The notes below the pieces were generated by a model. It was not told where the DNA came from and searched no databases. It saw nothing but the letters and a program-made list of their open reading frames with translations. Below, in pieces: positions 31,345 to 40,246 of a DNA stretch of 64,000 bases. Every line of letters starts with the position of its first letter. Within the stretch, counting starts at the first letter, position 1. Location of the stretch: NCBI GenBank assembly GCA_050250895.1, contig JBFWNU010000008.1, positions 128,001 to 192,000 on the forward strand, read 5' to 3'. The translations under genes and the position numbers were made by a program. This stretch comes from Vulcanimicrobiota bacterium (GTDB lineage: Bacteria; Vulcanimicrobiota; Xenobia; Xenobiales; JADMJV01).

Positions 31345-32398
31345 GACGCTCGACGGTATCCTCCAGACGGGCCATCTGTTGCTCGAGCGAACGAGCGAGC
31401 GCGAATTGGGCGCGGGCTCGTTCGAGGTTGTGGTCGGGCCGGTGGACCTTGAAATACGTGTCGCCTTCAAGATGGTCGGTGAGAAAGCGGACCCCGATCT
31501 CAAGCGTGATGACCCAGCCAGACAAAGCCAACAGCTGGATTTCGGCGGGCGTGAGCACGTCGTGAACCTGCTCGAGATAACCCTCGGTCAGAGCCGAAAA
31601 GAGCGCATGGTCGACGGTTAGAAGCGAAAGGTTGGTCTCGTCCTCGGCGGCCAGGCAGGTGGTCGTGCGCACCATGTCGCCAAAGTCGAACAAGGCCAGT
31701 CCCGGCATGACGGTGTCGAGGTCGATGACACAAACCGCTTCATCGGTGATCGAATCGAGCAGAACGTTGTTGATTTTGGTGTCGTTGTGGGTGATGCGCT
31801 CAGGCAAGCCAGCCTCGATGAGGCGCCCCGCCCGCTCTTGCCGCTCGCCCACAAAGTCGATTTCGGGCCCGGCACCGGCCTTGCGCCCGCGCGGGTTGGC
31901 CTCGACGGCCGCCAGCAGCCGTTCGATTCGCCTGGGAGTGTGGTGAAAGTCGGGCAGAGTCTCGTGTAGTCTAGGTCCGGGCAGGTCGGCCACCGCCTTG
32001 ACGAAGCCGCCGAACGCCTTGCCCACCTGGAAGGCCTGGCGCGGAGACTGCGGTTGGTCGACGGTGCGGGTACCTTCGAAAAAGGGCGACAGCCGCCAGA
32101 ATCCCCCCTGGTCGCAGAGCGCGAAGGGATGGCCGTCGGGAGTGCGCAGCACTTCGGGGGCGCTATGACCCTTGGCGCACAGGTGGTCACAAACCCGCAC
32201 CATATTGTCCATCAGCGAATGCGGATCGGGGAAGATGTTGGTGTTCAAACGCTGCAAGATGTAGCGCCTGGAGTCGATGGTGACCAGATAGGTCTGATTG
32301 ATATGGCCGCTTCCGAAAGGCTCGCCACACTTGAGTTCTTCGGATGGGAAGAAGTGATTGCAGACCGAAAAGAGAGAACTGGTCAGTTCCAGAGACAT
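31319..32398 (-). CDS. APH-family phosphotransferase (N-acetylhexosamine 1-kinase-like)
   Basis: GSGHINQTY, YILQRLN, RITHNDTKINN, VIDLDTVMPG, DFGD. Confidence 0.85.
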   Translation of the reverse strand: MSLELTSSLFSVCNHFFPSEELKCGEPFGSGHINQTYLVTIDSRRYILQRLNTNIFPDPHSLMDNMVRVCDHLCAKGHSAPEVLRTPDGHPFALCDQGGFWRLSPFFEGTRTVDQPQSPRQAFQVGKAFGGFVKAVADLPGPRLHETLPDFHHTPRRIERLLAAVEANPRGRKAGAGPEIDFVGERQERAGRLIEAGLPERITHNDTKINNVLLDSITDEAVCVIDLDTVMPGLALFDFGDMVRTTTCLAAEDETNLSLLTVDHALFSALTEGYLEQVHDVLTPAEIQLLALSGWVITLEIGVRFLTDHLEGDTYFKVHRPDHNLERARAQFALARSLEQQMARLEDTVERLRESAARR

Positions 32399-33273
32399 TG
32401 GGGATAGACTCCATCGTTCACTAGATTCGAGATGCCGGCCGCCACCACCGGCTTGTCTTCGGGATAGGTCACCCCAAACCAGCGGTCGGGGCTGGTGCGG
32501 ACATGGACGCTGGCTTGCTTTTCGCCGATGAGCCGGTCGACCACGCTGGGGATGTAGAATTCGGACTTTTCCTCCTGGCCTCGAGCGGCCAGAAACTCCT
32601 GGAACTGGCGGTCGAGGTGCGCAAACAGGCCTGGATGAAAGCCCCACAGGTTCATGCTGACCGTCTCGTCGCCGCTGAGATGGACCGTCTCGTCGCCTTC
32701 CGAGCGAGCGGCCTCGCCCTCGCGAAAGATCTTGGGATGCTCGACCACCGATTCGAGCAGGTCTTGCCGACAGCTGCACACGCCGCGCGAGACGTAGCCG
32801 TGCTCGCTGAGGGTATTGCGCAAGACGAAGCCCACCATCGAATAGCGGTCGGGCTGGGCCGACTGCAACTCTTCTGCGATCATGCGAAAAGCGTTAGGAC
32901 CGTAGAAATCATCGGCGTTGATGGCCGCGAAGGGGGTGGTGACCTCGTCTTTGGCCACTAGAATGGCGTGACCCGTTCCCCACGGCTTGGTCCGCCCTTG
33001 CGGCGGGCTGAAGGGGGAGGGGAGGGCGTCGAGTTCTTGATAGGCATAACCGATCTCGATCTTGCCCTCGAGACGGGAGGCGATCTGTTGCTTGAAGTCG
33101 TTCTCGATACTCTTGCGAATCACGAAGACTACCCGGCCAAAGCCGGCGCGCAAAGCGTCAAAGACCGAATACTCGAGGATGATCTCGCCGTTGGGGCCGA
33201 CCGGTTCGACCTGCTTGAGGCCACCGTAGCGGCTGCCGATGCCGGCCGCCAGCACAAGAAGCGTTGGTTGCAT
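32383..33273 (-). CDS. Sugar-phosphate nucleotidyltransferase
   Basis: LAAGIGSRYGGLKQ, KPWGTGHA, INADDFYG, WFGVTY. Confidence 0.88.
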   Translation of the reverse strand: MQPTLLVLAAGIGSRYGGLKQVEPVGPNGEIILEYSVFDALRAGFGRVVFVIRKSIENDFKQQIASRLEGKIEIGYAYQELDALPSPFSPPQGRTKPWGTGHAILVAKDEVTTPFAAINADDFYGPNAFRMIAEELQSAQPDRYSMVGFVLRNTLSEHGYVSRGVCSCRQDLLESVVEHPKIFREGEAARSEGDETVHLSGDETVSMNLWGFHPGLFAHLDRQFQEFLAARGQEEKSEFYIPSVVDRLIGEKQASVHVRTSPDRWFGVTYPEDKPVVAAGISNLVNDGVYPQCLWN

Positions 33274-33289
33274 GGCGGTGGCTTCTGGC

Positions 33290-34198
33290 TTAGCCGCCCT
33301 CTGCCCTCCGCCCAAAGAACTCTAACTCTTCCACGGTGCGGGGCCAGTCCTTTTTGAGCAGTCTCGAGAGCGAGCGGTCGGCCAACAGGCGGCCCTCGGT
33401 TTGGCATTGCGGACAGTAGTTGGTCTCGTTGTCGGCGTAGCGGATGCGGGCCACCGAAGTGCCGCAAACCGGGCACGGCTCTTGATAGCGGCCGTGCACC
33501 ATCATTTCGGGCCGGAAGGCAGTCACTTTCTCGGGAAAACCGTCGCCCACTTCCTGACGAAATCGCTCGACCCACTCGAGCAGCACCGTCCGGGTCGAGT
33601 GGTAGAGGCGCTCGATCTCGTCCGGGGCGAGTTTCTGGCTGAGCTTGAGCGGTGACAGGCGGGCGTGGTGCAAGATCTCATCGGAGTAGGCGTTACCGAT
33701 GCCCGAGAAGAGCCGCGGATCGGTTAGCGCCCGGCGCAGAGTGTGGTTATGGGCGGTCAACTGTTGGCTGAAGTCCGCCAGACTGGCTTCGAGCACCTCG
33801 AGGCCTCCCGGGTCGTGCCCGGCCAGGGCCGCGTCGCCTCGCACCAGATGCAGGCGAGCGCGGCGTTTCTTGGCCGCCTCGGTGAGCAGCAACCGGCCGG
33901 TATCAAAGTCGAAGGCTACCAGGCCGTTGCGTCCCAGTTTGGCCTGGCTGCCCCGCCAGCGCAGACGACCGGCGATCATCAGGTGGATGATGACGAAGAT
34001 GTCGTTGTCGAGCCCCAGGACGATGCGCTTGCCCAGGCGGCGGACCGACGTCACCCGGTGGCCCACGGCCTCAGCCACCGGTGGGTCGACCGAGCGCAGG
34101 ATGAAGGGATCCACCAGTTGGATGGCTTCCAGGCTATGGCCCATGACTCTGGGCTCGAGGCAGGCCACGTAAGTCACGATATCGGGCAATTCAGGCAT
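33290..34198 (-). CDS. mutM: Formamidopyrimidine-DNA glycosylase (Fpg/Nei)
   Basis: MPELPD N-terminus, HLMIAGRL, GIGNAYSDEIL (H2TH), CPVC...CPQCQ zinc finger. Confidence 0.9.
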   Translation of the reverse strand: MPELPDIVTYVACLEPRVMGHSLEAIQLVDPFILRSVDPPVAEAVGHRVTSVRRLGKRIVLGLDNDIFVIIHLMIAGRLRWRGSQAKLGRNGLVAFDFDTGRLLLTEAAKKRRARLHLVRGDAALAGHDPGGLEVLEASLADFSQQLTAHNHTLRRALTDPRLFSGIGNAYSDEILHHARLSPLKLSQKLAPDEIERLYHSTRTVLLEWVERFRQEVGDGFPEKVTAFRPEMMVHGRYQEPCPVCGTSVARIRYADNETNYCPQCQTEGRLLADRSLSRLLKKDWPRTVEELEFFGRRAEGG

Positions 34199-34232
34199 AC
34201 TCGACGCTTCGGCGAGGAGGCTCGCGACCTTC

Positions 34233-34418
34233 TTAGCGGCGTCGGGTTTTTGCGGACGGTTTACGCGGCTGCTGCCCCTGCCGGGTGGTCAGCAATCCCA
34301 CCGGCAGGACCTCGGGGGCGGGCGTGGGCGTGGTGGGCAGCTTTTTCTTGGGTTTGGGAGCGATGGTGGGACGCTCGGACGAGCACGCGACTCCGTCGGC
34401 CAGGACCTGGTATTGCAT
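34233..34418 (-). CDS. Possible small basic Pro/Lys/Arg-rich protein
   Basis: 61-aa ORF between a consensus promoter and fpg; no recognisable family. Confidence 0.35.
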   Translation of the reverse strand: MQYQVLADGVACSSERPTIAPKPKKKLPTTPTPAPEVLPVGLLTTRQGQQPRKPSAKTRRR

Positions 34419-34441
34419 CGTTCTCGTAATCATCCAGGCTC

Positions 34442-34470
34442 AGGATAACAGCTGTCACTTATTCTGTCAA
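34442..34470 (-). promoter_or_regulatory. sigma70 promoter
   Basis: Minus strand TTGACA-17 nt-TATCCT with extended -10 TG. Confidence 0.65.
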
Positions 34471-34500
34471 CAGTTTTCGTGTCAGACTGTCAAAGAAGGG

Positions 34501-34776
34501 GAGACGGCGCTGACGCGCGGAGATTTCGGCCTGACGGCCGACGGGGAGCGCCGACTTCGTCGGCGGGAGGGAGCCGGCGCTGGCGCGCGGAGATTTCGGC
34601 CTGCGGCCGACAGGGAGCGCCGACTTCGTCGGCGGGTGAGGAGCCGGCGCTGACGCGCGGAGATTTCGGCCTGCGGCCGACAGGGAGAGCGGCTGACGCC
34701 GCTGGAAGGAGCCGGCGCTGCGCGCGGAGATTTCGGCCTGCGGCCGACAGGGAGCGCCGACTTCGTCGGCGGGTGA
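34501..34776. repeat. Four ~70-bp tandem units, each with three mini-palindromes (left arm of element C)
   Basis: gagccggcgctgacgcgcggagatttcggcctgcggccgacagggagcgccgacttcgtcggcggg repeated. Confidence 0.9.
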
Positions 34777-34780
34777 CCTT

Positions 34781-35077
34781 TTCCCGAACTGAGCGACAGC
34801 TCAGTTCGCTCCTTCCCGGCCCGAAGGGCCGCTCCTTATCCCTCGAGCGAAGCAAGAGCTCCTTCTCCCGAACTGAGCGACAGCTCAGTTCGCTCCTCTC
34901 CCGGCCCGAAGGGCCGCTCCTTATCCCTCGAGCGAAGCAAGAGCTCCTTCTCCCGACTGAGCGACAGCTCAGTCGCTCCTCTCCCGGCCCGAAGGGCCGC
35001 TCCTTATCCCTCGAGCGAAGCAAGAGCTCCTTCTCCCGAACTGAGCGACAGCTCAGTTCGCTCCTCTCCCGCGAGGG
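34781..35077. repeat. About 3.5 ~85-bp tandem units of TCCC-hairpin-GCTCC modules (right arm of element C)
   Basis: cccgaactgagcgacagctcagttcgctcc..cccggcccgaagggccgctcc..ccctcgagcgaagcaagagctcc repeated. Confidence 0.9.
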
Positions 35078-36982
35078 CTAGACGGCTTGTTCAAAGGTGA
35101 TCGAGGCGGCTGACTGGTGGAACTCTTCCTGGCGTCGTTCGAGTTCGCTAGCCAGTTTCTCGAGCAGAGCCCGTTTCTGGTCGAGCTGGTTCTCTTGTTG
35201 TTCGAGGGTGACTACGTAGCGGGTGCGCAGACGACCCTCGTCGTGGGAAGGGCCCAGGCTCGACAGATTGGCCCGCAGGCGTTCCTGGTCGGCGGTGATG
35301 GTCTCGATCTCTTGACGGGTACGTTCTTGCTTTTGGTTGAGCTTGGTCAAGCTCTGGGCCAGTTGCATCAACTCTCGCAAGACCGGTTGCTGATCAGGCT
35401 CGATGTAGCCCCGCTCGATATAGACCTCGAGTTTGTCCGAGGTAAGATGGGCCAGTCTGACCACCTGGGATTGGGGGATGCGCTCGCTGATGGTGAACTC
35501 GGTGGTCGCGTTCGGTTGGAGCTTGACTTCGAAGCGGTAGCGGTCGACCGCCTTCGTGATAGGGGAGGGGGTTTTGTAGAGTTCGGCTCCCGAGCGGATG
35601 GGATGTTCCAGGATGCAGGTCTTGGCCCGGCCGTCCTTATTGAGGAAGCGGTGCAATCGGTGCTCCAAGAAGGCATAGTGCAGATGCAGTACCCCCTCCG
35701 AGGCCACCACCAGGTGGACATCCTCTTGCTTGTGCTGGGTCTCGCAGTCGACTTCGCAACCGAGGTCGACGGCATAGGGAATCAGGCGCACCTCGTCGGG
35801 GTGCAAAAGTGTGAGCATGGCCTCCCCGGCGTAGGTATCACCGTCATAGACCACGCACGGTCCGCCCTCGAGGGTGAGCCCGGTCGTGTTGGTGAATTCC
35901 AGGGCGGCAAAGGGATTGCGGGCCCTCTCCAGACGGTTGTAGAGGGTCACCCGACGCCCCTGGCCCGACTGGCTGACGATGGGGACCAGGGCGGATTGGT
36001 TGCGACGCACCGTGACCGGGTGCTCGAGCTTGTATTCGAAGAGTTCGCCCAGGCTCTGGGTCTGCACTTCCGGCGTGGGAGCCCCGCCGCCGCCTCGCTG
36101 TTCTCGCATCATCATTCCATCGAGCATGGCAGCCGAAGGCTTGCAAGCGATTCGAACGGCCTTATCCCGCGGGCTGGCTTCGTCTTCTTCTATCTCGACG
36201 GTCTCTCGCTGAACGTAGCGTGGTGAGTAGAGATCGTGCACGAACGACACGGGCAGACCGGCCACCAGCGACAGCTCGACATCTTCCCAGTCTTCATCGT
36301 GGGTGTTGTCGATCAGCGCCCAGCCTTGCAAAAAGGGTTGATCGCTCTCCTCCTCGGGCAGCGCCACTCGATAAGAGGTTTTCCAAACCGGGCATTCTAC
36401 CACATAGCTCAGCTGGATCTTGCGTTGGCCCTTGCCCCGAGCGTGGACCGACAGGGTCTTGGCGTCGCGCTTGGTGGCGGCCACCAGGGTTTCGAAGTAG
36501 AATTCGAGGTCTTTGCGGATATGGGGGTCGAGAAATTGTAGCTCACTGCACTCGGCCAGGTCGACGGTGTGCAGACGCCCCTCCTGATCGAGCAGGCTCA
36601 ACAGCTGGGCCTCGGTGACGCCGTCAGCCGAGCGGGTGGGCTGGGTCTGCACCCCTACCACCCGGCCGGCCAGTTGGCGCGTGCCCGCCTTCAGCTCGAG
36701 GCGGGCCCCGCGGATCTGGCCCAGCAAAGCTGCCCCGCCGCCCTTGGCGGGAATGTCGATAGCCACTTCTTGCAGCAGCTTTTCGACCGGCTTCTGAGCG
36801 TCATACGAGACCGAGTGGATGGTGCCACCGTCAAGGTCATAGAGGGTCAGCGACTTGAGCACGTCGTTCATCTCGAACGAGCGAAAGGTCAGCTTGAGTT
36901 CGTGATCCCCCTTCACCGGCTCGATTCTCTCGAAGTAGCCCACTCCGTGTTTGTACAGCACGACTCGCTTGATTCCGGCCAT
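35078..36982 (-). CDS. DUF4139-domain protein
   Basis: IKRVVLYKHGVGYFER, NDVLKSL, PVWKTSYR, LQGWALIDN, GELFEY. Confidence 0.8.
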   Translation of the reverse strand: MAGIKRVVLYKHGVGYFERIEPVKGDHELKLTFRSFEMNDVLKSLTLYDLDGGTIHSVSYDAQKPVEKLLQEVAIDIPAKGGGAALLGQIRGARLELKAGTRQLAGRVVGVQTQPTRSADGVTEAQLLSLLDQEGRLHTVDLAECSELQFLDPHIRKDLEFYFETLVAATKRDAKTLSVHARGKGQRKIQLSYVVECPVWKTSYRVALPEEESDQPFLQGWALIDNTHDEDWEDVELSLVAGLPVSFVHDLYSPRYVQRETVEIEEDEASPRDKAVRIACKPSAAMLDGMMMREQRGGGGAPTPEVQTQSLGELFEYKLEHPVTVRRNQSALVPIVSQSGQGRRVTLYNRLERARNPFAALEFTNTTGLTLEGGPCVVYDGDTYAGEAMLTLLHPDEVRLIPYAVDLGCEVDCETQHKQEDVHLVVASEGVLHLHYAFLEHRLHRFLNKDGRAKTCILEHPIRSGAELYKTPSPITKAVDRYRFEVKLQPNATTEFTISERIPQSQVVRLAHLTSDKLEVYIERGYIEPDQQPVLRELMQLAQSLTKLNQKQERTRQEIETITADQERLRANLSSLGPSHDEGRLRTRYVVTLEQQENQLDQKRALLEKLASELERRQEEFHQSAASITFEQAV

Positions 36983-38432
36983 CGGTCCCTCCTGATGCGG
37001 CCTCCCTTCTGGTTTTGGCCAGCTTGCCCTGCCGGGAGCGCGCCCGGGAAAGGTTCCACGACTGCCAGGCGTCGGTGGGCCGGCGGTCGAGGATGCGTCC
37101 CGCGATCAAGCCGGCGGCCTGGCGGACCTCGGGATCAGGGTCGGCGGTGGCCTTTTCGAGGAGCGGGATGGCGTCGGTGGAAAGCCGTCCTAGATATTCG
37201 ATGTCGATGGTTTTTTGGCCGTGACGCAAGCGATCGAGGTGAGTCGAGACCACCAGCGAGTCGACGCGCACCGAGCCCACCAGGGCCAGCACTGCCATGG
37301 CCGCGACGACCTGACGCGCTACGACCCAGGCAAAGGGCTTGCGGCTCAGACTGGCGACCAGGATGACAGCCAGCAGGAGGCACATCGTGACGACCCCAGC
37401 CGCGGCATAGAATCGCAGGACGCTCAATCCGAACTCCTGGATGTACAGCTGCAGCCGGAAGATGGCCGACCCGGCCAGGCCGAAGGTCTGGGCCACCAGC
37501 AAGGCTACCAGGGCCAGCGGCCAGCCGGGTCTGGGGCCACGATAGGACCAGCGGTACGCCAGTCCGGCCACCACGAAGACCAGAATGGTGCAGGTGGCTA
37601 GCTCGAAGAAGCCGTGGCGGGCATAGTCGGCGTAGTTGAGATTCCAGGCGGCCAGGTGCTCGACCCCGCCGAAGAGATAGTGGGCCTGAACCGCCAGAAA
37701 GGCACCGAACAAGAGGTTAAGGCTGGCCAGGGCGGTCGAGACTTCGACTTCGTCGCGGGCGTTGTCGGGTTCTAGCGGCGCCTCGACCGGTTCAAGGCGG
37801 AAAGCCAGCAGGCGAAATAGGCCCATGCAGGCCAGCGTGAACAGGACGATTCGAACAACAGTGGTCCAGCTTTGGCCAAAGCCCAGTTGGAGTAGTTGGG
37901 TGAGGCGGCTCCCAAAGATGGGGTCGGCCGAGGCCAGCAGCCAGGTGAAGATGGCCAGAAGAGGGGCGGCCATCAGCAGACCGCGCCCCACCTTGCCCAT
38001 GGCCTGGCCGCCGTCGGGTCCGGGTTTGGGCAGGTCCTGGGCGGCCAACACAGTGTCGACCACCCAGCGTCCGGGGATGAGGTCATAGGGGTTGGGCATC
38101 AGGCGGGCCAGTCCTTCGAACGGGCTGTGGCCGGCCAATCGCCAGTGAGCCGCCATGACCATTCCGATTCCGGCCAGCACCGGTCCCCAGTGGCGCACGA
38201 CCTCGGAATCGAGACTCAGGATGCTCAGGCTAAACGAGAGGGGAGCAAGCCAGAGCCCGGCCGTCCACAAAGGTGCCTTTCTTTCGAGTCGGACCCGGAA
38301 GGTCTCGACCGCCGCCAGAAAGGCCAGGCAGAATACCAGCCACCCCAAGCCGGGCACCTGTCCGACCAGGGAGATTTCCACCACAGCGGCCACCAGAAGG
38401 GCTAGCCAAAAGGCAAACGGGGGAAGTTTCAT
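36837..38432 (-). CDS. DUF4153/DUF4173 membrane protein
   Basis: LLASADPIF, QAHYLFGG, YADYARHGFFEL, YIQEFGLS, YLGRLSTDA, WQSWNLS; GGAGG RBS. Confidence 0.85.
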   Translation of the reverse strand: MKLPPFAFWLALLVAAVVEISLVGQVPGLGWLVFCLAFLAAVETFRVRLERKAPLWTAGLWLAPLSFSLSILSLDSEVVRHWGPVLAGIGMVMAAHWRLAGHSPFEGLARLMPNPYDLIPGRWVVDTVLAAQDLPKPGPDGGQAMGKVGRGLLMAAPLLAIFTWLLASADPIFGSRLTQLLQLGFGQSWTTVVRIVLFTLACMGLFRLLAFRLEPVEAPLEPDNARDEVEVSTALASLNLLFGAFLAVQAHYLFGGVEHLAAWNLNYADYARHGFFELATCTILVFVVAGLAYRWSYRGPRPGWPLALVALLVAQTFGLAGSAIFRLQLYIQEFGLSVLRFYAAAGVVTMCLLLAVILVASLSRKPFAWVVARQVVAAMAVLALVGSVRVDSLVVSTHLDRLRHGQKTIDIEYLGRLSTDAIPLLEKATADPDPEVRQAAGLIAGRILDRRPTDAWQSWNLSRARSRQGKLAKTRREAASGGTDGRNQASRAVQTRSGLLRENRAGEGGSRTQADLSLVRDERRAQVADPL

Positions 38433-38458
38433 AGAGCCTCCTTTGACTTGTCGAGATG

Positions 38459-38490
38459 ATTGTATCAAAAAATACTTTGCAATGCAAAGT
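38459..38490 (-). promoter_or_regulatory. sigma70 promoter with overlapping palindromic operator
   Basis: Minus strand TTGCAT-17 nt-TACAAT; inverted repeat ACTTTGC-AAT-GCAAAGT at 38474-38490. Confidence 0.6.
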
Positions 38491-38526
38491 GTTAGGAGTA
38501 GGAATCTTGATGGCGAATCCGGCCGA

Positions 38527-40215
38527 ATGAAAAGAATGGTCGCCCGCGCCGCCCGTCAGATCGAGTCGGCTTTCGGTCTCTATGAGCATCAGTTTCACCG
38601 CATTACCCTGCGAGCCCAGGAGCGATTCGAGCAACGCGATTGGACCGGCGCGCAGCAGGACGGTCTCGAGCGCCTGGACGTTTATTCGAGCGTGGTAGAC
38701 AGGCTGGTCGAGAGCTTGCGAGAACTGATGGGCGACCATCTCACCTCGAAGAATTCTTGGCGTCAGATCAAGGATGCCTACCGGCTCCAGTTGGAGGAAA
38801 GAGCCAACCGCGAGTTGGCCGAAACCTTCTACAACTCGGCCACCCGTCGCATCTTCTCTACGGTCGGAGTGGATCCGCGCATCGAGTTCGTGAGGGGAAA
38901 GGGCCCGCTACCCAAGGACTTCCGCTCGGTTACTCGTCGCTATCCTCAGACCGAGACGCTCGAACGGCGGATGCGTCGCATCGTGGCCGATGCCTCCATC
39001 AGCTTGAACTGGCGGGGCCGGACGCAGCAGGCCGATCAGTTGGCTGAGCGTATTCGAACTCGCCTGGGCAATACACCGGTCGACATTGAAATGTTGGCCA
39101 TGACCTTCTATCGCAACAAAGGGGCCTATCTCGTCGGCCGACTGCAGGGCGCCGGAATCACGCTCCCCCTGGTGTTGGCGCTGGTCAATCCTGACGGTGA
39201 GATGACGGTGGACGCTCTGATTCTCGAGGAGGACGAACTGTCCAAGCTGCTCAGCTTCGCTCGCTCCTATTTTCGCGTAGCCACCACCAATGTGGGTCCG
39301 GTGGTGGGTTTCCTCAAGTCGCTGTTGCCCAAGAAGCCGGTAGCCGAGCTCTACATCTCGCTCGGCTATGACAAACAGGGTAAAACCGAGCTCTTTCGCG
39401 ATTTCGTTCGCCACCTCAGTCGGTCCGATGACCGCTTCGTGGTCGCCCGGGGCGAGCGCGGCATGGTGATGGCGGTCTTCACCTTGCCCTCGTATGATGT
39501 GGTCTTCAAGGTGATCAAAGACCGTTTTGCCTACCCCAAGCGAACCACACGCCGAGAAGTGATGCAAAAATACCGGCTCGTCTTCAAGCACGATCGGGTG
39601 GGTCGGCTGGTGGATGCCCAGGAGTTCGAGCACCTCACCTTCTCGCGGGACCGCTTCGAGCCGGCGCTCCTTGAAGAGTTACTGCGGGCAGCCGCCCAGA
39701 CGATCGAAGTCAAAGGCGAACTGGTGACGCTGCATCATGCCTATACCGAGCGGCGCCTGACCCCACTCGACATCTACCTACGCGAGACCCCCACCCCGAT
39801 CGCCAAAGAAGCGGTACTCGACTATGGCAACTGCGTGCGCGAACTGGCCCTGGCGGGCATCTTTCCCGGCGATATGTTCTTGAAGAACTTTGGGGTCACG
39901 CGCCACGGCCGCGTGGTCTTCTACGATTATGACGAGCTGTGTTTTGTGGACGAGTGTCGCTTTCGCGAGTTGCCAGATGATGATGACGACCTTTATGCCG
40001 GGCCGACCTTCTACGTCGGGCCCAACGATGTCTTTCCCGGAGAGTTTCCGCGTTTTCTCGGGCTCTCGGGCGAACTCCGCCAGACCTTCCACGAGGCGCA
40101 TGGCGACCTCTTCACGGTGGGCTTCTGGCAGCGCTGCCAGCAAGGTCGAACGCCCACGGACCTCTACCCCTATTCAGCCGATTGCCGCCTGCCGGACCCT
40201 TCACTGACGGCCTGA
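38527..40215 (+). CDS. aceK: Isocitrate dehydrogenase kinase/phosphatase
   Basis: ELAETFYNS, FYRNKGAYLVG, GMVMAVFTLPSYDVVFKVIKD, KHDRVGRL.DAQEF, IFPGDMFLKNFGV. Confidence 0.93.
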   Translation: MKRMVARAARQIESAFGLYEHQFHRITLRAQERFEQRDWTGAQQDGLERLDVYSSVVDRLVESLRELMGDHLTSKNSWRQIKDAYRLQLEERANRELAETFYNSATRRIFSTVGVDPRIEFVRGKGPLPKDFRSVTRRYPQTETLERRMRRIVADASISLNWRGRTQQADQLAERIRTRLGNTPVDIEMLAMTFYRNKGAYLVGRLQGAGITLPLVLALVNPDGEMTVDALILEEDELSKLLSFARSYFRVATTNVGPVVGFLKSLLPKKPVAELYISLGYDKQGKTELFRDFVRHLSRSDDRFVVARGERGMVMAVFTLPSYDVVFKVIKDRFAYPKRTTRREVMQKYRLVFKHDRVGRLVDAQEFEHLTFSRDRFEPALLEELLRAAAQTIEVKGELVTLHHAYTERRLTPLDIYLRETPTPIAKEAVLDYGNCVRELALAGIFPGDMFLKNFGVTRHGRVVFYDYDELCFVDECRFRELPDDDDDLYAGPTFYVGPNDVFPGEFPRFLGLSGELRQTFHEAHGDLFTVGFWQRCQQGRTPTDLYPYSADCRLPDPSLTA

Positions 40216-40246
40216 GCTGCCGATACCAACGTCGAGGTGAAGAGTA

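Noticed and set aside
34501-35077. CRISPR array
   Set aside because: Units are tandem copies without unique spacers, and no cas genes are present.
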